NCBI GenBank assembly: GCA_021414205.1
Contig: JAIOOW010000003.1
Span: 128,048-192,047 of the forward strand
Direction of reading: 5' to 3'
Source: Candidatus Anderseniibacteriota bacterium
GTDB taxonomy: Bacteria; Patescibacteriota; Andersenbacteria; UBA10190
Length of the DNA: 64,000 nucleotides
Positions 36,723 through 46,451 of the stretch are shown here, piece by piece. A program made the position numbers and the translations under genes. The notes below the pieces were generated by a model. The model worked only from the letters and a program-made list of their open reading frames with translations. It was not told the origin of the DNA and ran no database searches. Positions within the stretch are counted from its first letter, which is position 1. Each line of letters starts with the position of its first letter.

Positions 36723-38267
36723 ATGACCGCCGCAGCGATCCCTCCGATGTTTTTTAAAAAATCCGAACATGCTCCGAAAAAGCGGCGCGCTCGGAAGACA
36801 TTGGCGCATCACGTAAAATCTATAGGCCAAGCGCCAGCGAAGCTGCGCACGCGCGTTACGGAAGAATTGTATAAGCGAAATGCAGAGCTTGCGGTGAGGA
36901 ATAAGACGTTGGCGTTGCTGCGGAAACTGGACGGGATTTCTTTGGCTTCAGAAAAAATCGAGAGCATGGCGCAGCAAATGGTAGATGCCATTGCGGTAGG
37001 GCTGGAATATGAAATTGTGACCATTGCAATTGTGGAAGAAAAAAAGATGACATGGAAATGCATTGCAGCAGGATCGAGTCACGATAAAATGGGAGAAGCA
37101 TTTGAAAAAGTGTGCGTTGCCAGCAAAGAAGCGCCGCTTACTGCAACGCCGGAAATTGTTGCCGTCGTACAAGGTGGTAAGCAAGTGTATTCAGATTCGC
37201 TTGCTGCAGTACACCCGGAGCTATTGGTAAAAACAATTGAAGAGCTCAGTAAGACGGGGGAGTATACTCATCCTTCGTATTCGGTCGTGTTGCCGTTGCG
37301 ATTCGGGGAGCACACGCTTGGGGTGCTCACGCTCAGTTCCAGCCGTTCGTTCCAAGATGCATCGCGATACGAAGATGAATCGCTCTCTGGAATTATCGGA
37401 TTAATATCATTGGCATTGTATAAGGCGAAATTGTATGAAGATTTGCAAAGGACGTCTGCGGAACTTTTAACTGCCAATAATCAATTGAAAGATTTAGATA
37501 AGGCAAAAAGCGAATTCTTGAGCATTGCAAGTCATCAGCTGTACACGCCGCTCACTGCGCTTCGCGGATACATATCGATGATTATGGAGGGGGATTACGG
37601 GCCGATTTCCGAAGAGCAGAAGCCGATTTTAGATATTTTGAACCAGAGCGCATTGCGATTAATTGAATTAATTAAAGACTTGCTCGATATATCGCGCATT
37701 GAAAGCGGGCGATTGGAATTGCATTTGGAATCGCTGGATATTGTGGAGGTTGCAAAGAGCTTGGTTGCTGACCTATTACCCAATGCAATTAATAAAAAAT
37801 TAGATTTGGAATTTCATGAGCCTACGGAAAAAATTCCTCACGTGGTAGTAGACAGTCAGCGCATTCGACAAGTAATGTTGAATTTTATTGATAATTCCAT
37901 CAAATATACTACTCAGGGGAAAGTCGACGTATTCGTTGCCCTACAAGGTGATAAAGTCGTCTTTTCTGTGAAAGATACCGGTCGTGGGTTGGCAGCAGGG
38001 GAGGCAGAAAAGCTATTCAAGAAATTTTCTCGCGTTGGCGGTGCTGCAAAGTTTAATACACAAGGGACGGGTCTTGGGCTGTATGTTGCAAAGCAAATCG
38101 TTCACGAGCATCATGGGGAAGTGTCAGTAACGAGCCCCGGACAAGATAAAGGAAGTACGTTTTCGATGGAATTGCCTCCGGAGGGTGCTGTAGATAGCTT
38201 GAAAGTCGGGGAGGCTGCGACTGTTGTTATTAAGGCTGCTGACGCAAACGGCCAAGGAAGCGAGTGA
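36723..38267 (+). CDS. Cytoplasmic sensor histidine kinase with GAF-like domain
   Basis: H-box LSIASHQLYTPLTALRGY. N/G1/G2 boxes NFIDNSIKYT, DTGRGL, GTGLGLYVAKQIV. The N-terminal about 230 aa is GAF-like. No TM. Confidence 0.85.
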   Translation: MTAAAIPPMFFKKSEHAPKKRRARKTLAHHVKSIGQAPAKLRTRVTEELYKRNAELAVRNKTLALLRKLDGISLASEKIESMAQQMVDAIAVGLEYEIVTIAIVEEKKMTWKCIAAGSSHDKMGEAFEKVCVASKEAPLTATPEIVAVVQGGKQVYSDSLAAVHPELLVKTIEELSKTGEYTHPSYSVVLPLRFGEHTLGVLTLSSSRSFQDASRYEDESLSGIIGLISLALYKAKLYEDLQRTSAELLTANNQLKDLDKAKSEFLSIASHQLYTPLTALRGYISMIMEGDYGPISEEQKPILDILNQSALRLIELIKDLLDISRIESGRLELHLESLDIVEVAKSLVADLLPNAINKKLDLEFHEPTEKIPHVVVDSQRIRQVMLNFIDNSIKYTTQGKVDVFVALQGDKVVFSVKDTGRGLAAGEAEKLFKKFSRVGGAAKFNTQGTGLGLYVAKQIVHEHHGEVSVTSPGQDKGSTFSMELPPEGAVDSLKVGEAATVVIKAADANGQGSE

Positions 38268-39946
38268 TGAAATCCGTTCGCATTATATTTCAAGCGTGCA
38301 TCACTGCTTGTTTTGTTATTGTGGCAGGGGGCGTAGCTCTCAGAATGTTTTACGCAGATCGCGTTCCGCCTCATATGTACATTGGTGCATTTCCGGTAGG
38401 AGGGGCTTCTGTAACGCAGTTATCTGGAGTGTTATTGGCATACGAGCAGCAACTCATGCAAGCGCCTATCACGATTACATTTCGCGGAAGGAAAACAGTG
38501 CGTACGTTTCAGGATTTAGGTGTGGCAGTTGATCAGGATAAGACGATACAGCAGATTGTGAGTGCAAGCCACGGCGTGAGTGTTGCAACTCCTGTCCGCA
38601 TTGTGCCAGTGCTCACGTTCCAAGATGAAAAAGCGCGGGCGCTGCTCAGTCAGGATTTTGCTGAAGTATTATCGCTTCCAAAAGATGCAGCTCTTGCAAT
38701 CGATCCTACATTTCATGTCTCCATCACGCAGAGCGCTGTAGGAGAAGATTTTGAAATGAAGATGCTCGATAGCGCCATTGCCCAAGGTGCTGGCATGCCG
38801 AGTATGCCGATTATTTCAGCAAGTACCACTGCATCCGATCCGAAAGTTACCGAACGAGAGGTTGCGCAGGTGGAAGCCTTTGCACAGGCGCTTGCAAATA
38901 CGGGATTCCACCTAACGTACGGAGATAAATCCTTTTTGATAAGCAGGGAGGAAGTTGGAAAGATGATGCAGTTTGTCCCATCACCGTCCGCGCATATCGC
39001 ATTCGATAGCGCCTTATTGAAAGGATATTTCGAAAGCAGGCTTACGGTGCAGATTCATGTCGAGCCGGTAAATGCCAGGTTTCAGGTTGAAGACGGTACG
39101 GTAAAGCAATTTGCGCTTCCGAAAAACGGCGTTGATCTCGATGAGGACGCAACGATGAAGGCTATTGCGGACGCTCTCATGCAAAGCAGTTCGAAGGCAG
39201 AACTTGCCGTAAAAGAAATACAGCCTGCGTTTACAGATGTTGCCAGCAGCTCATCGCTGGGAATTACAAAGCTGATCGCAACGGGAGAAACGGATTTCAG
39301 GGGATCCCCGAAGAATCGAACGGTAAATATTAAAGTTGGCTCAGAAAAATTTAATGGCATACTGGTTGCCCCTGGCGAGGAATTTTCGTTCGATAAGCTG
39401 CTTGGTCCCGTAGACGCCAGTACGGGGTATTTGCCAGAGCTCGTGATTAAAGACAATGCGACGCTCCCGGAATACGGCGGAGGACTGTGCCAAGTATCTA
39501 CAACCGTATTTAGAGCTGCGATGCAGGCGGGGGTAAAAATTACGGAACGACATAACCATTCGTACGCGGTTCGATATTATGGAACGCCCGGATTTGACGC
39601 CACGATTTATCCGCCGTATACTGATTTTCGTTTCCTCAACAATACGCCCGGCTATCTTCTGATACAGACGCACATAGATGGCACAAAACTTTTCTTTGAG
39701 TTTTGGGGTACAGATGATGGGCGACAAGTAACAATCGACGGGCCACATCCGTACGATAGAAAGCCTGACGGTTCCGTAAAATCAGTGCTTAAGCGAATAG
39801 TAACTGATAAAGATGGTAACGTTATCGAAAACGATACGTTTAACAGCAATTATAAATCTCCAACATTATATCCACATGAACCAGCCAAGCAAGCGACAAA
39901 TTCCAACTCCGCCTCCAGTGAGAGTGCGGCAGACGGCAACGCATAG
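38264..39946 (+). CDS. VanW-family protein (paralogue 2) with N-terminal TM anchor
   Basis: GEEFSFDKLLG, GGGLCQVSTTVFRAAMQAGVKITERHNHSY, GFDATIY, about 60% identical in the core to paralogue 1. ATGA overlap with the kinase gene. Confidence 0.85.
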   Translation: MMKSVRIIFQACITACFVIVAGGVALRMFYADRVPPHMYIGAFPVGGASVTQLSGVLLAYEQQLMQAPITITFRGRKTVRTFQDLGVAVDQDKTIQQIVSASHGVSVATPVRIVPVLTFQDEKARALLSQDFAEVLSLPKDAALAIDPTFHVSITQSAVGEDFEMKMLDSAIAQGAGMPSMPIISASTTASDPKVTEREVAQVEAFAQALANTGFHLTYGDKSFLISREEVGKMMQFVPSPSAHIAFDSALLKGYFESRLTVQIHVEPVNARFQVEDGTVKQFALPKNGVDLDEDATMKAIADALMQSSSKAELAVKEIQPAFTDVASSSSLGITKLIATGETDFRGSPKNRTVNIKVGSEKFNGILVAPGEEFSFDKLLGPVDASTGYLPELVIKDNATLPEYGGGLCQVSTTVFRAAMQAGVKITERHNHSYAVRYYGTPGFDATIYPPYTDFRFLNNTPGYLLIQTHIDGTKLFFEFWGTDDGRQVTIDGPHPYDRKPDGSVKSVLKRIVTDKDGNVIENDTFNSNYKSPTLYPHEPAKQATNSNSASSESAADGNA

Positions 39947-40502
39947 AAAGCCAAAGCCAGTTGCGCCGCGCAAGAGGGTTGTTCGACATCAGCGAAAAAC
40001 GCACCGTACCGTTCGAAGAGAGTTATCTGCAGGCGGTGTTGCCGTTCGTGAAGAGCGAGGGATTTGGCATGTGGCGCTTTTGAAAACGGAACATCGTCGC
40101 GGAAGCGTGTGGGTGTTGCCGAAAGGGCATGTTGAGATGGATCGTAAGGAGCGCGTTGCTGATGCCGCGAAGCGAGAAGTGCAGGAAGAGGCTGGTATTA
40201 TGGAATTGGAAGTGCGAGAGCAGTTGGGAACGACGCGGTTCGTATTCCAGGCAGAGTCCGCATTGGTAAAAAAGACAGTGCACTACTTTTTAATGATCAC
40301 TACTCAAAAAGAATTGATCCCTCAGGCAGAAGAAGGGTTTATTGATGCCGGATGGTTTCCGATTGAGGTGGCAATTACGATGCTGGAATACGATACGGAT
40401 CAGGATATCGTATCAAAAGCGAAAGATATTCTAGAGGGCAAGAAGCCGGAACAAGATACGAATCCGCCTAAGCCGTTCAAACAAATTAAAATTCACTCGT
40501 AA
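39876..40502 (+). CDS. NUDIX hydrolase with Arg/Lys/Pro-rich N-terminal extension
   Basis: Nudix box GHVEMDRKERVADAAKREVQEEAGI. Start uncertain: the only in-frame ATGs (39813, 39876) overlap the end of vanW by 70-134 nt. Confidence 0.6.
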   Translation: MNQPSKRQIPTPPPVRVRQTATHRKPKPVAPRKRVVRHQRKTHRTVRRELSAGGVAVREERGIWHVALLKTEHRRGSVWVLPKGHVEMDRKERVADAAKREVQEEAGIMELEVREQLGTTRFVFQAESALVKKTVHYFLMITTQKELIPQAEEGFIDAGWFPIEVAITMLEYDTDQDIVSKAKDILEGKKPEQDTNPPKPFKQIKIHS

Positions 40503-40504
40503 GC

Positions 40505-41527
40505 TTACCTGAGTAATCCTTGCAATAGATCTTCCGGATGCATGCCTGCATGCCGCAATTGATGAACGATTGGAGTTCCCGGAGTAAAGGTTGGAATGGT
40601 GTTGAAGTCGAGCACGTCTACGGACCCGTTATTGGCGATCATATCCACCGTTGCAATACCGTCGCATCCTAACGACTCGTACACATCGCGCGCAATTGAC
40701 TGTGCTTGATGGATGATTGAATTATGCGGACCATGATCGTGGAAAAATAAATTATCATGGCCAGATTGTTTTATCTGGTAGTCAAAAAAAGAATTTTTTG
40801 GCGTTACGATGCTTGGCGGAAGGGAGGATAGCTTGCCCTGTTTGTTTTTATATACTGTTACAGAGAGTTCATCGCCGTGCCGCTGTTCCTGTACAAGGCT
40901 GTCGTCGTTTGATGCATGAATAGCCTCGATAGCGCGTTCTAAGTCCTGCTCTGTTTTAATATGCATAATGCCGTGGCTTCCGGCGCCATGAACGGGTTTT
41001 ATGAAAAATGGAAGACTGAAAAAAGTTCGCAATATCTCGCCAATTTCATAGAGGCCAGTTTGTTTTTTGATTATTTGCGAGTAGGGCGTAGGAGCGATGT
41101 CTGAAATGGTATGTGCAAAGTGGTCTTTGTTGTATGCAAGCTTGCTTGCACGGGCATCTGAGCCCTTTATCGGTAATTGCAGTATGTCGGCAAAGCTGTG
41201 CATTGCGCCATCGTCGCCGCCGCGTCCGCGAAGCGTGGTTATGATCGAATCGATCGGGCGATGAAGTAATTTATGAATTGCTTCTTTTGGATCTTGAGCG
41301 GGCGTTGCCTGAGCAAGCATGTCCATCGCGCGCGCAACATTTCCAGTTTTTGGTAAGTGGCCAAGAGGAACTTTCCATAGTCCGTCATGGGTTACATGCA
41401 CGGGGGTAACGTCGTATTCTGATTTGGGTACATATTGGCAGATCCATGCACCAGATTGGCGCGACGTATCCGCGTGGTGCGCTTCTCCTCCATAAAATAC
41501 GACGACTCGAGGCTTCATGAAAAGCAT
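40505..41527 (-). CDS. ddl: D-alanine--D-alanine ligase-like ATP-grasp enzyme
   Basis: N-terminal VVVFYGGEAHHADTSRQSG (compare Ddl VLFGGRSAEHEVSLQSA) and ATP-grasp C-terminal part. The ORF track extends to 41692 but that part overlaps two tRNA genes, so start MLFMKPR at 41527 or MKPR at 41518. Confidence 0.7.
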   Translation of the reverse strand: MLFMKPRVVVFYGGEAHHADTSRQSGAWICQYVPKSEYDVTPVHVTHDGLWKVPLGHLPKTGNVARAMDMLAQATPAQDPKEAIHKLLHRPIDSIITTLRGRGGDDGAMHSFADILQLPIKGSDARASKLAYNKDHFAHTISDIAPTPYSQIIKKQTGLYEIGEILRTFFSLPFFIKPVHGAGSHGIMHIKTEQDLERAIEAIHASNDDSLVQEQRHGDELSVTVYKNKQGKLSSLPPSIVTPKNSFFDYQIKQSGHDNLFFHDHGPHNSIIHQAQSIARDVYESLGCDGIATVDMIANNGSVDVLDFNTIPTFTPGTPIVHQLRHAGMHPEDLLQGLLR

Positions 41528-41551
41528 TATAGCATATGTCGCTTGTGAAGG

Positions 41552-41636
41552 CGGAGAGGGAGAGATTCGAACTCTCGATACCTTGCGGTATACACGCTTT
41601 CCAAGCGTGCGCACTAGGCCACTATGCGACCTCTCC
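41552..41636 (-). tRNA. tRNA-Ser (anticodon GGA), long variable arm
   Basis: Reverse complement GGAGAGGTCGCATAGTGGCCTAGTGCGCACGCTTGGAAAGCGTGTATACCGCAAGGTATCGAGAGTTCGAATCTCTCCCTCTCCG. Confidence 0.8.
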
Positions 41637-41647
41637 AAAAAACTATT

Positions 41648-41723
41648 TGGTGATCCCGGGAGGACTCGAACCTCCGGCCCCCGGCTCCGCAAGCCGATGC
41701 TCTATCCGCTGAGCTACGAGATC
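41648..41723 (-). tRNA. tRNA-Arg with apparent anticodon GCG, CCA encoded
   Basis: Reverse complement GATCTCGTAGCTCAGCGGATAGAGCATCGGCTTGCGGAGCCGGGGGCCGGAGGTTCGAGTCCTCCCGGGATCACCA. D-arm identical to the other two tRNA-Arg genes. Anticodon loop TTGCGGA. Confidence 0.7.
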
Positions 41724-41761
41724 ATGTAACGTATTGTACAGCATGAGGGGATTCTAGGTTT

Positions 41762-42382
41762 TTGTCCATAGGGATATGGTATACTGCGCATATGGACGTG
41801 AATAAAGCAAAGAGGAATGTCGTTGCTCGCGGTCAGCAGGATCCGCGCGTGAAGCGAGAATTGGAAGAGATGCAAAGAACGGATGATTTGCGAAAAATAG
41901 ACGACGACGTAGAAGATGTTGCCACTTTGCTTGATTGGTCGGCGCTTGAGCATATTCACCAAATCCGAAATCCGCAATGGTTTGCAGTGTTCGCGGCAGT
42001 GATTGCGCTGATAGCAATCGGGTTTATTTTTATGGGGAATTTTATCGCAAGTCTTACGATCGCAATGATCGGAGGATACATGTTTATTGTAGCTCAGCAT
42101 AAGCCGTCAAAGATTCGATACAGGCTGCTTACTGAAGGGGTGGCATTGAACACGACGCTCTACCATTATAAGGATTTGGATTCGTTTAATATCATATATG
42201 AGCCGGGGGACGTAAAGACGATTATTTTGAAAAGCAACAAGAGGATTATGCCGCTAATTCATATGGAAATCGGGAATGCTGACCCGGTGGCAATTCGTGA
42301 AATTCTCATACAGTTTGTTCAAGAAGATATACATCTCGAAGAGCCGTTGATAGATATCTGGGCGCGAAGACTAGGATTTTAA
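41762..42382 (+). CDS. Hypothetical membrane protein (two TMs, bPH-like C-terminal region)
   Basis: ORF with the TM pair WFAVFAAVIALIAIGFIFMGNFIASLTIAMIGGYMFIV. No motif. Confidence 0.45.
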   Translation: MSIGIWYTAHMDVNKAKRNVVARGQQDPRVKRELEEMQRTDDLRKIDDDVEDVATLLDWSALEHIHQIRNPQWFAVFAAVIALIAIGFIFMGNFIASLTIAMIGGYMFIVAQHKPSKIRYRLLTEGVALNTTLYHYKDLDSFNIIYEPGDVKTIILKSNKRIMPLIHMEIGNADPVAIREILIQFVQEDIHLEEPLIDIWARRLGF

Positions 42383-42805
42383 ATACAGTGTTTTGAAATA
42401 CGCGTTCATTGCATCGCACTCTTCTGTACTAAAGAATTTTTCCGCGGGGAAGTGAAAATCGTTTTTATGAATCCACTGATACGATTCATGCTCCTCTGAT
42501 AATTGTATCTCTCCAGACCTATATGTTCCTCCGTATATTGTGAGCAATACGGGCATTTTTAACGTGTCGTGATATCTGCGAAATTGGAACAGCGGTTTAT
42601 TGATAGTGTATGTAATATCTGCTCCTAATTCTTCTGTAACTTCTCGTCGAAGAATATCTTCGAGCGGTACAGTAAATTCGTCAGCGTTTATTCGTCCTCC
42701 TGGCAAATCGAGCAAGCTTTTGTAGGTGTCTTGCAAGATCAAGAACTCATCGCTTTTGTGCAGGAGTAGCTTGAGGGCTACTTGGTATATTGCAAGTTCT
42801 GCCAT
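42371..42805 (-). CDS. NUDIX hydrolase
   Basis: Nudix box GGRINADEFTVPLEDILRREVTEELG. 144 aa. Confidence 0.75.
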   Translation of the reverse strand: MAELAIYQVALKLLLHKSDEFLILQDTYKSLLDLPGGRINADEFTVPLEDILRREVTEELGADITYTINKPLFQFRRYHDTLKMPVLLTIYGGTYRSGEIQLSEEHESYQWIHKNDFHFPAEKFFSTEECDAMNAYFKTLYLKS

Positions 42806-42811
42806 ATTAGT

Positions 42812-42886
42812 TGGTGCACCCAGAGGGATTCGAACCCCCGACCGTATCCTTAAGAGGGATCTGCTCTACCACTGAGCTATGAGTGC
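42812..42886 (-). tRNA. tRNA-Lys (anticodon CTT), CCA encoded
   Basis: Reverse complement GCACTCATAGCTCAGTGGTAGAGCAGATCCCTCTTAAGGATACGGTCGGGGGTTCGAATCCCTCTGGGTGCACCA. One 27-43 mismatch. Confidence 0.75.
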
Positions 42887-42937
42887 ATTATTACCTAAGT
42901 TAGGCAATAGTTTACATTCTACTCAAATCCCGTAATA

Positions 42938-43024
42938 CTGCAATATACGGAGACGTGGCTGAGTGGTCGAAAGCGCCTCACTGCTAACGAGGTAGGGTGT
43001 CAAAGCTCTCGGAGGTTCGAATCC
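42938..43024 (+). tRNA. tRNA-Ser (anticodon GCT), long variable arm
   Basis: GGAGACGTGGCTGAGTGGTCGAAAGCGCCTCACTGCTAACGAGGTAGGGTGTCAAAGCTCTCGGAGGTTCGAATCCTCCCGTCTCCG. Confidence 0.8.
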
Positions 43025-43038
43025 TCCCGTCTCCGCAC

Positions 43039-44889
43039 ATGACATATCGATCCTTTATTCCGGTACTTGTTTTTACGGCCCTCATTGGGGCAGGCGTATT
43101 ATATGCGCTGAATATGAGTGTTCTGATGAATTGGGTGTTGCTTGGCGCCGTGATTATAGGGGCAACCCCTCTTGTTCTTGATGTTGTAAAGTCGTTGCTT
43201 GCACGGCATTTTGGCGTGGATATTTTAGCTATTGTGGCTATTATTGCAGCAGCATTGCTCGGCCAATATTTAGCTGGCGCAGTTATTTTATTGATGCTAT
43301 CTGGCGGAGAAGCGCTGGAAGCGTTTGCGTTGCGCCGGGCGCGCAAGGATTTTTCCACGCTTGTTTCTAATGCGCCAGTGAGCGCGCATAAGAAATCGGG
43401 CGATATGGTTACTGACGTTGCAGTTCAGGAAGTTGTTCCAGGAGATATTGTTATTGTAAAACCCGGGGAGGTTGTGCCGATGGATGGGGAAGTTATTTCG
43501 GGTGTTTCTGCCGTAGATGAATCGATGCTTACTGGCGAGTCGTTACCGTTAGAAAAAATAAAAGGATCGATGGTGATGAGTGGAAGCATTAATATGCAAG
43601 GAGTGTTGGAGGTGAACGTGCTTCGACCAAGCAGCGAGAGTCAGTATGAGCAGATTATTCGGCTTGTTCGGGAAGCGGAAGAAAATCGAGCACCGTTTGT
43701 TCGGTTAGCTGACCGATACAGCGTGTGGTTTACGGTACTTGCGTTTACGCTCGCCGGTATTGCATGGGCTATTTCGGGAGATGCGTTGCGCGCACTGGCC
43801 GTCCTCGTAGTGGCGACTCCATGTCCATTGATTTTAGCAACTCCGATTGCGTTTGCATCGGGTATCAGCCGAGCCGCGAAAAGAGGAATTATTATTAAGA
43901 GCGGAGGAGAAATCGAAAAGCTGGCTCAGGCAGTGTGCGTTGTGTTTGATAAGACGGGGACCCTCACGTTCGGAGTCCCGGATGTGGTTAAGGTCATTGC
44001 GTATAGCACTTCTGAACAAGAAGTAGTGCGCATCGCAGCATCCGCAGATCAGCTTTCAGCTCACATTCTCGCAAGTGCACTTAAAAAACATGCACTTGGG
44101 CAGAAAGCGGACTTGTTTTTCCCGGACGAATTTCATGAAACGATAGGGCAGGGAGTTCGCGCGATGTTTGGCGGGCAGACGTATGTAGTAGGTAGGCTTT
44201 CGTGGCTCATACAGGAAGGAGTTTCTGTGTCTGCAGATGTAATTGCTCAGCACGATGCAGAGCGCGAAGAGGGGAAGATGGCAGTTGGTGTTGCTGTAGA
44301 TGGGCAGCTCATTGGATTGTTGTTTTTGGAAGATACGATTCGGGATGATATTAAACAGCTGCTGCTTGGATTGCCCAGTCTTGGCATACAGCATGTCGTA
44401 ATGCTTACCGGGGACAAGAAGGCGGTGGCAGAACGTATTGCCCGCGAGGCCGGCATTGAGCTATCGAATGTGCATGCAGATCTGTTGCCGGAAGAAAAAG
44501 TTGCTGAAGTGAAGCAATTGCAAGCAACGTATGCGCATGTTGTGATGGTTGGGGACGGAGTGAACGATGCGCCTGCGCTTGCAACGGCGGATGTTGGCAT
44601 AGCATTGGCTGCGCGGGGCTCTACGGCGGCATCGGAATCCGCGGACATTGTCGTGTTGGTTGATAAGGCAGAACGAGTAGGAGATGCTCTTCGAATCAGT
44701 AGGCGCGTATTGCATATTGCGAAGCAAAGTATTTTTATAGGGATTGGCTTGAGTGTTGCGCTGATGCTTGTCGCAGTTGCTGGGTACATAACGCCGGTGT
44801 TTGGCGCTATGCTTCAGGAAATCATTGATGTCATTGTTATTTTTAACGCTCTGCGTGTACTTATTATTCGATTTGAGAGGGCGCGGTAA
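43039..44889 (+). CDS. P1B-type heavy-metal-translocating P-type ATPase lacking N-terminal metal-binding domain
   Basis: CPx motif ATPCPLILATP, phosphorylation site DKTGTLT, hinge GDGVNDAPAL. About 616 aa. The track start at 42997 overlaps tRNA-Ser, so Met at 43039 is used. Confidence 0.85.
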   Translation: MTYRSFIPVLVFTALIGAGVLYALNMSVLMNWVLLGAVIIGATPLVLDVVKSLLARHFGVDILAIVAIIAAALLGQYLAGAVILLMLSGGEALEAFALRRARKDFSTLVSNAPVSAHKKSGDMVTDVAVQEVVPGDIVIVKPGEVVPMDGEVISGVSAVDESMLTGESLPLEKIKGSMVMSGSINMQGVLEVNVLRPSSESQYEQIIRLVREAEENRAPFVRLADRYSVWFTVLAFTLAGIAWAISGDALRALAVLVVATPCPLILATPIAFASGISRAAKRGIIIKSGGEIEKLAQAVCVVFDKTGTLTFGVPDVVKVIAYSTSEQEVVRIAASADQLSAHILASALKKHALGQKADLFFPDEFHETIGQGVRAMFGGQTYVVGRLSWLIQEGVSVSADVIAQHDAEREEGKMAVGVAVDGQLIGLLFLEDTIRDDIKQLLLGLPSLGIQHVVMLTGDKKAVAERIAREAGIELSNVHADLLPEEKVAEVKQLQATYAHVVMVGDGVNDAPALATADVGIALAARGSTAASESADIVVLVDKAERVGDALRISRRVLHIAKQSIFIGIGLSVALMLVAVAGYITPVFGAMLQEIIDVIVIFNALRVLIIRFERAR

Positions 44890-44910
44890 GTTGAATGGTA
44901 TACTTGGAGC

Positions 44911-46071
44911 ATGCACAAGAATTTTTGGGGGGATTATAATGCAGCAAGTTTTGATCGTCTTGCGCACGATATACAAACACAGTATTTGATTGTCGGTGGA
45001 GGGATTACGGGTCTTGCTGCGGCATATTTTTTATTAGAGCATGGTGAAAAAGATATTGTGCTTATTGAAAAACATACGATTGGTTCTGGATCGACAGGGC
45101 ATTCCGCCGGGATGCTGGTAACTGGAATGGAGACATCTTCATGGACTCACCTTATTCGTACGCATGGACTACCCGAAGCTCGCGCATATTGGGATGCTCA
45201 AAATCGGGCAGTGGACCTTATAACTGCGCTTGTAGAAGAAGGGCATATTCAATGCGATTTGTTCCCGGAAGAACATCTTCGGCTTGCAGGAAATGCGGTA
45301 GCGCAAAAACAGCTTTTGCAAGACTTTAGCGCGCATAAGATGATGCATAGCCGAGTAAGCGATCTTGAAGGAGAAAAACTTGCAGAAGAATTTCCGGCAG
45401 ATGAATTTGAAAGCGCAGAGCGAACAACGAAAAATGTATCGGTGAATCCGTTATCGCTTGCTCGCGGGTTTGCGCGGTATTTGCAAAAGAGAGGGGTGCG
45501 CATTTTTGAGCATACCGAGCTACTGTCTGCTGCAGGCGGGCATGCGCAAACCAATCACGGCGCAATTACCTATAGCCGCATTGTTCGATGCATGGGTGTG
45601 AGCGAAAAAGATAAGCATATACAGCCATTTCTTACAACGATATGCGTGACGCGAGTGCTTACGACAAAAGAGAAAGAGGCAATAGGTCTGCTGGATAATG
45701 ACATGTTTGAAGATGTTGAAACGCGGTCGTATCACTACGGGAAAATTACGGGAGACAATAGGCTGCTCGTAGGGTATGGAGATACAAAACATACCAGCGG
45801 ATTTACATACGGATACACCCATTTGCCTCATGTGCATAGTATTGAGCGTTTTATTGCGCGTGTGTTCGATACTATTACTCCAAACATAGAATACGCATGG
45901 AGCGCAGAGTTTGCTTTATCAAAATCGGAATTGCCAGTTGTGCGAGTTGGCGAGGAAGAAGTGCTTGTAAACGGGGCCGGCACTCAAATTGCATCTATCG
46001 CAGTTGTTTCGTATGCAATAAGCAAATTACTGGGGAAGCGGCATGTGCTTGACGAGTTATTTGGGAGCTAG
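44911..46071 (+). CDS. FAD-dependent oxidoreductase (DAO family)
   Basis: N-terminal dinucleotide-binding motif YLIVGGGITGLAAAYFL. 386 aa. Confidence 0.65.
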   Translation: MHKNFWGDYNAASFDRLAHDIQTQYLIVGGGITGLAAAYFLLEHGEKDIVLIEKHTIGSGSTGHSAGMLVTGMETSSWTHLIRTHGLPEARAYWDAQNRAVDLITALVEEGHIQCDLFPEEHLRLAGNAVAQKQLLQDFSAHKMMHSRVSDLEGEKLAEEFPADEFESAERTTKNVSVNPLSLARGFARYLQKRGVRIFEHTELLSAAGGHAQTNHGAITYSRIVRCMGVSEKDKHIQPFLTTICVTRVLTTKEKEAIGLLDNDMFEDVETRSYHYGKITGDNRLLVGYGDTKHTSGFTYGYTHLPHVHSIERFIARVFDTITPNIEYAWSAEFALSKSELPVVRVGEEEVLVNGAGTQIASIAVVSYAISKLLGKRHVLDELFGS

Positions 46072-46082
46072 ATTTACTATGT

Positions 46083-46403
46083 ATGAAAACTATCTCTTTT
46101 ATCCCTCCCAAAAACGTTGCTGAAGCTGCATCGCTAGGGCTGGAATTCCGAAAGAAATTTGGGCGCGGGGGAACGGAGATCGGTATTGCGCGAGCTCAAG
46201 AATTAAGACGTAGAGAAACAATAAGCCTGGAAACGATTATGCGAATGGTTAGCTATTTTGCGCGACACGAAGTAGATAAAAAGGCCCCTCGGTTTGGCGA
46301 TATGGAAAATCCGAGTAATGGATATATCGCATGGCTCTTGTGGGGTGGCGATGAAGGAAAGAAGTGGGCAGAAGGATTAAAGGAAATTATTCGTTCCGCA
46401 TAA
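46083..46403 (+). CDS. Small hypothetical protein (106 aa)
   Basis: ORF only. No motif recognised. Confidence 0.4.
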   Translation: MKTISFIPPKNVAEAASLGLEFRKKFGRGGTEIGIARAQELRRRETISLETIMRMVSYFARHEVDKKAPRFGDMENPSNGYIAWLLWGGDEGKKWAEGLKEIIRSA

Positions 46404-46451
46404 GGGCTCTGTGATGCCTTGTGTTGGATGCGAGAACTGAGGTACTCGCAT

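Noticed and set aside
41517-41729. 70-aa plus-strand ORF and N-terminal 55-aa extension of the ddl ORF
   Set aside because: Both lie on top of two well-folded minus-strand tRNA genes (Ser-GGA, Arg-GCG). tRNA sequence translated by chance; ddl start moved to 41527.
42997-43038. Upstream extension of the P-type ATPase ORF
   Set aside because: Overlaps tRNA-Ser(GCT) on the same strand; the internal Met at 43039, just past the tRNA, is the more plausible start.
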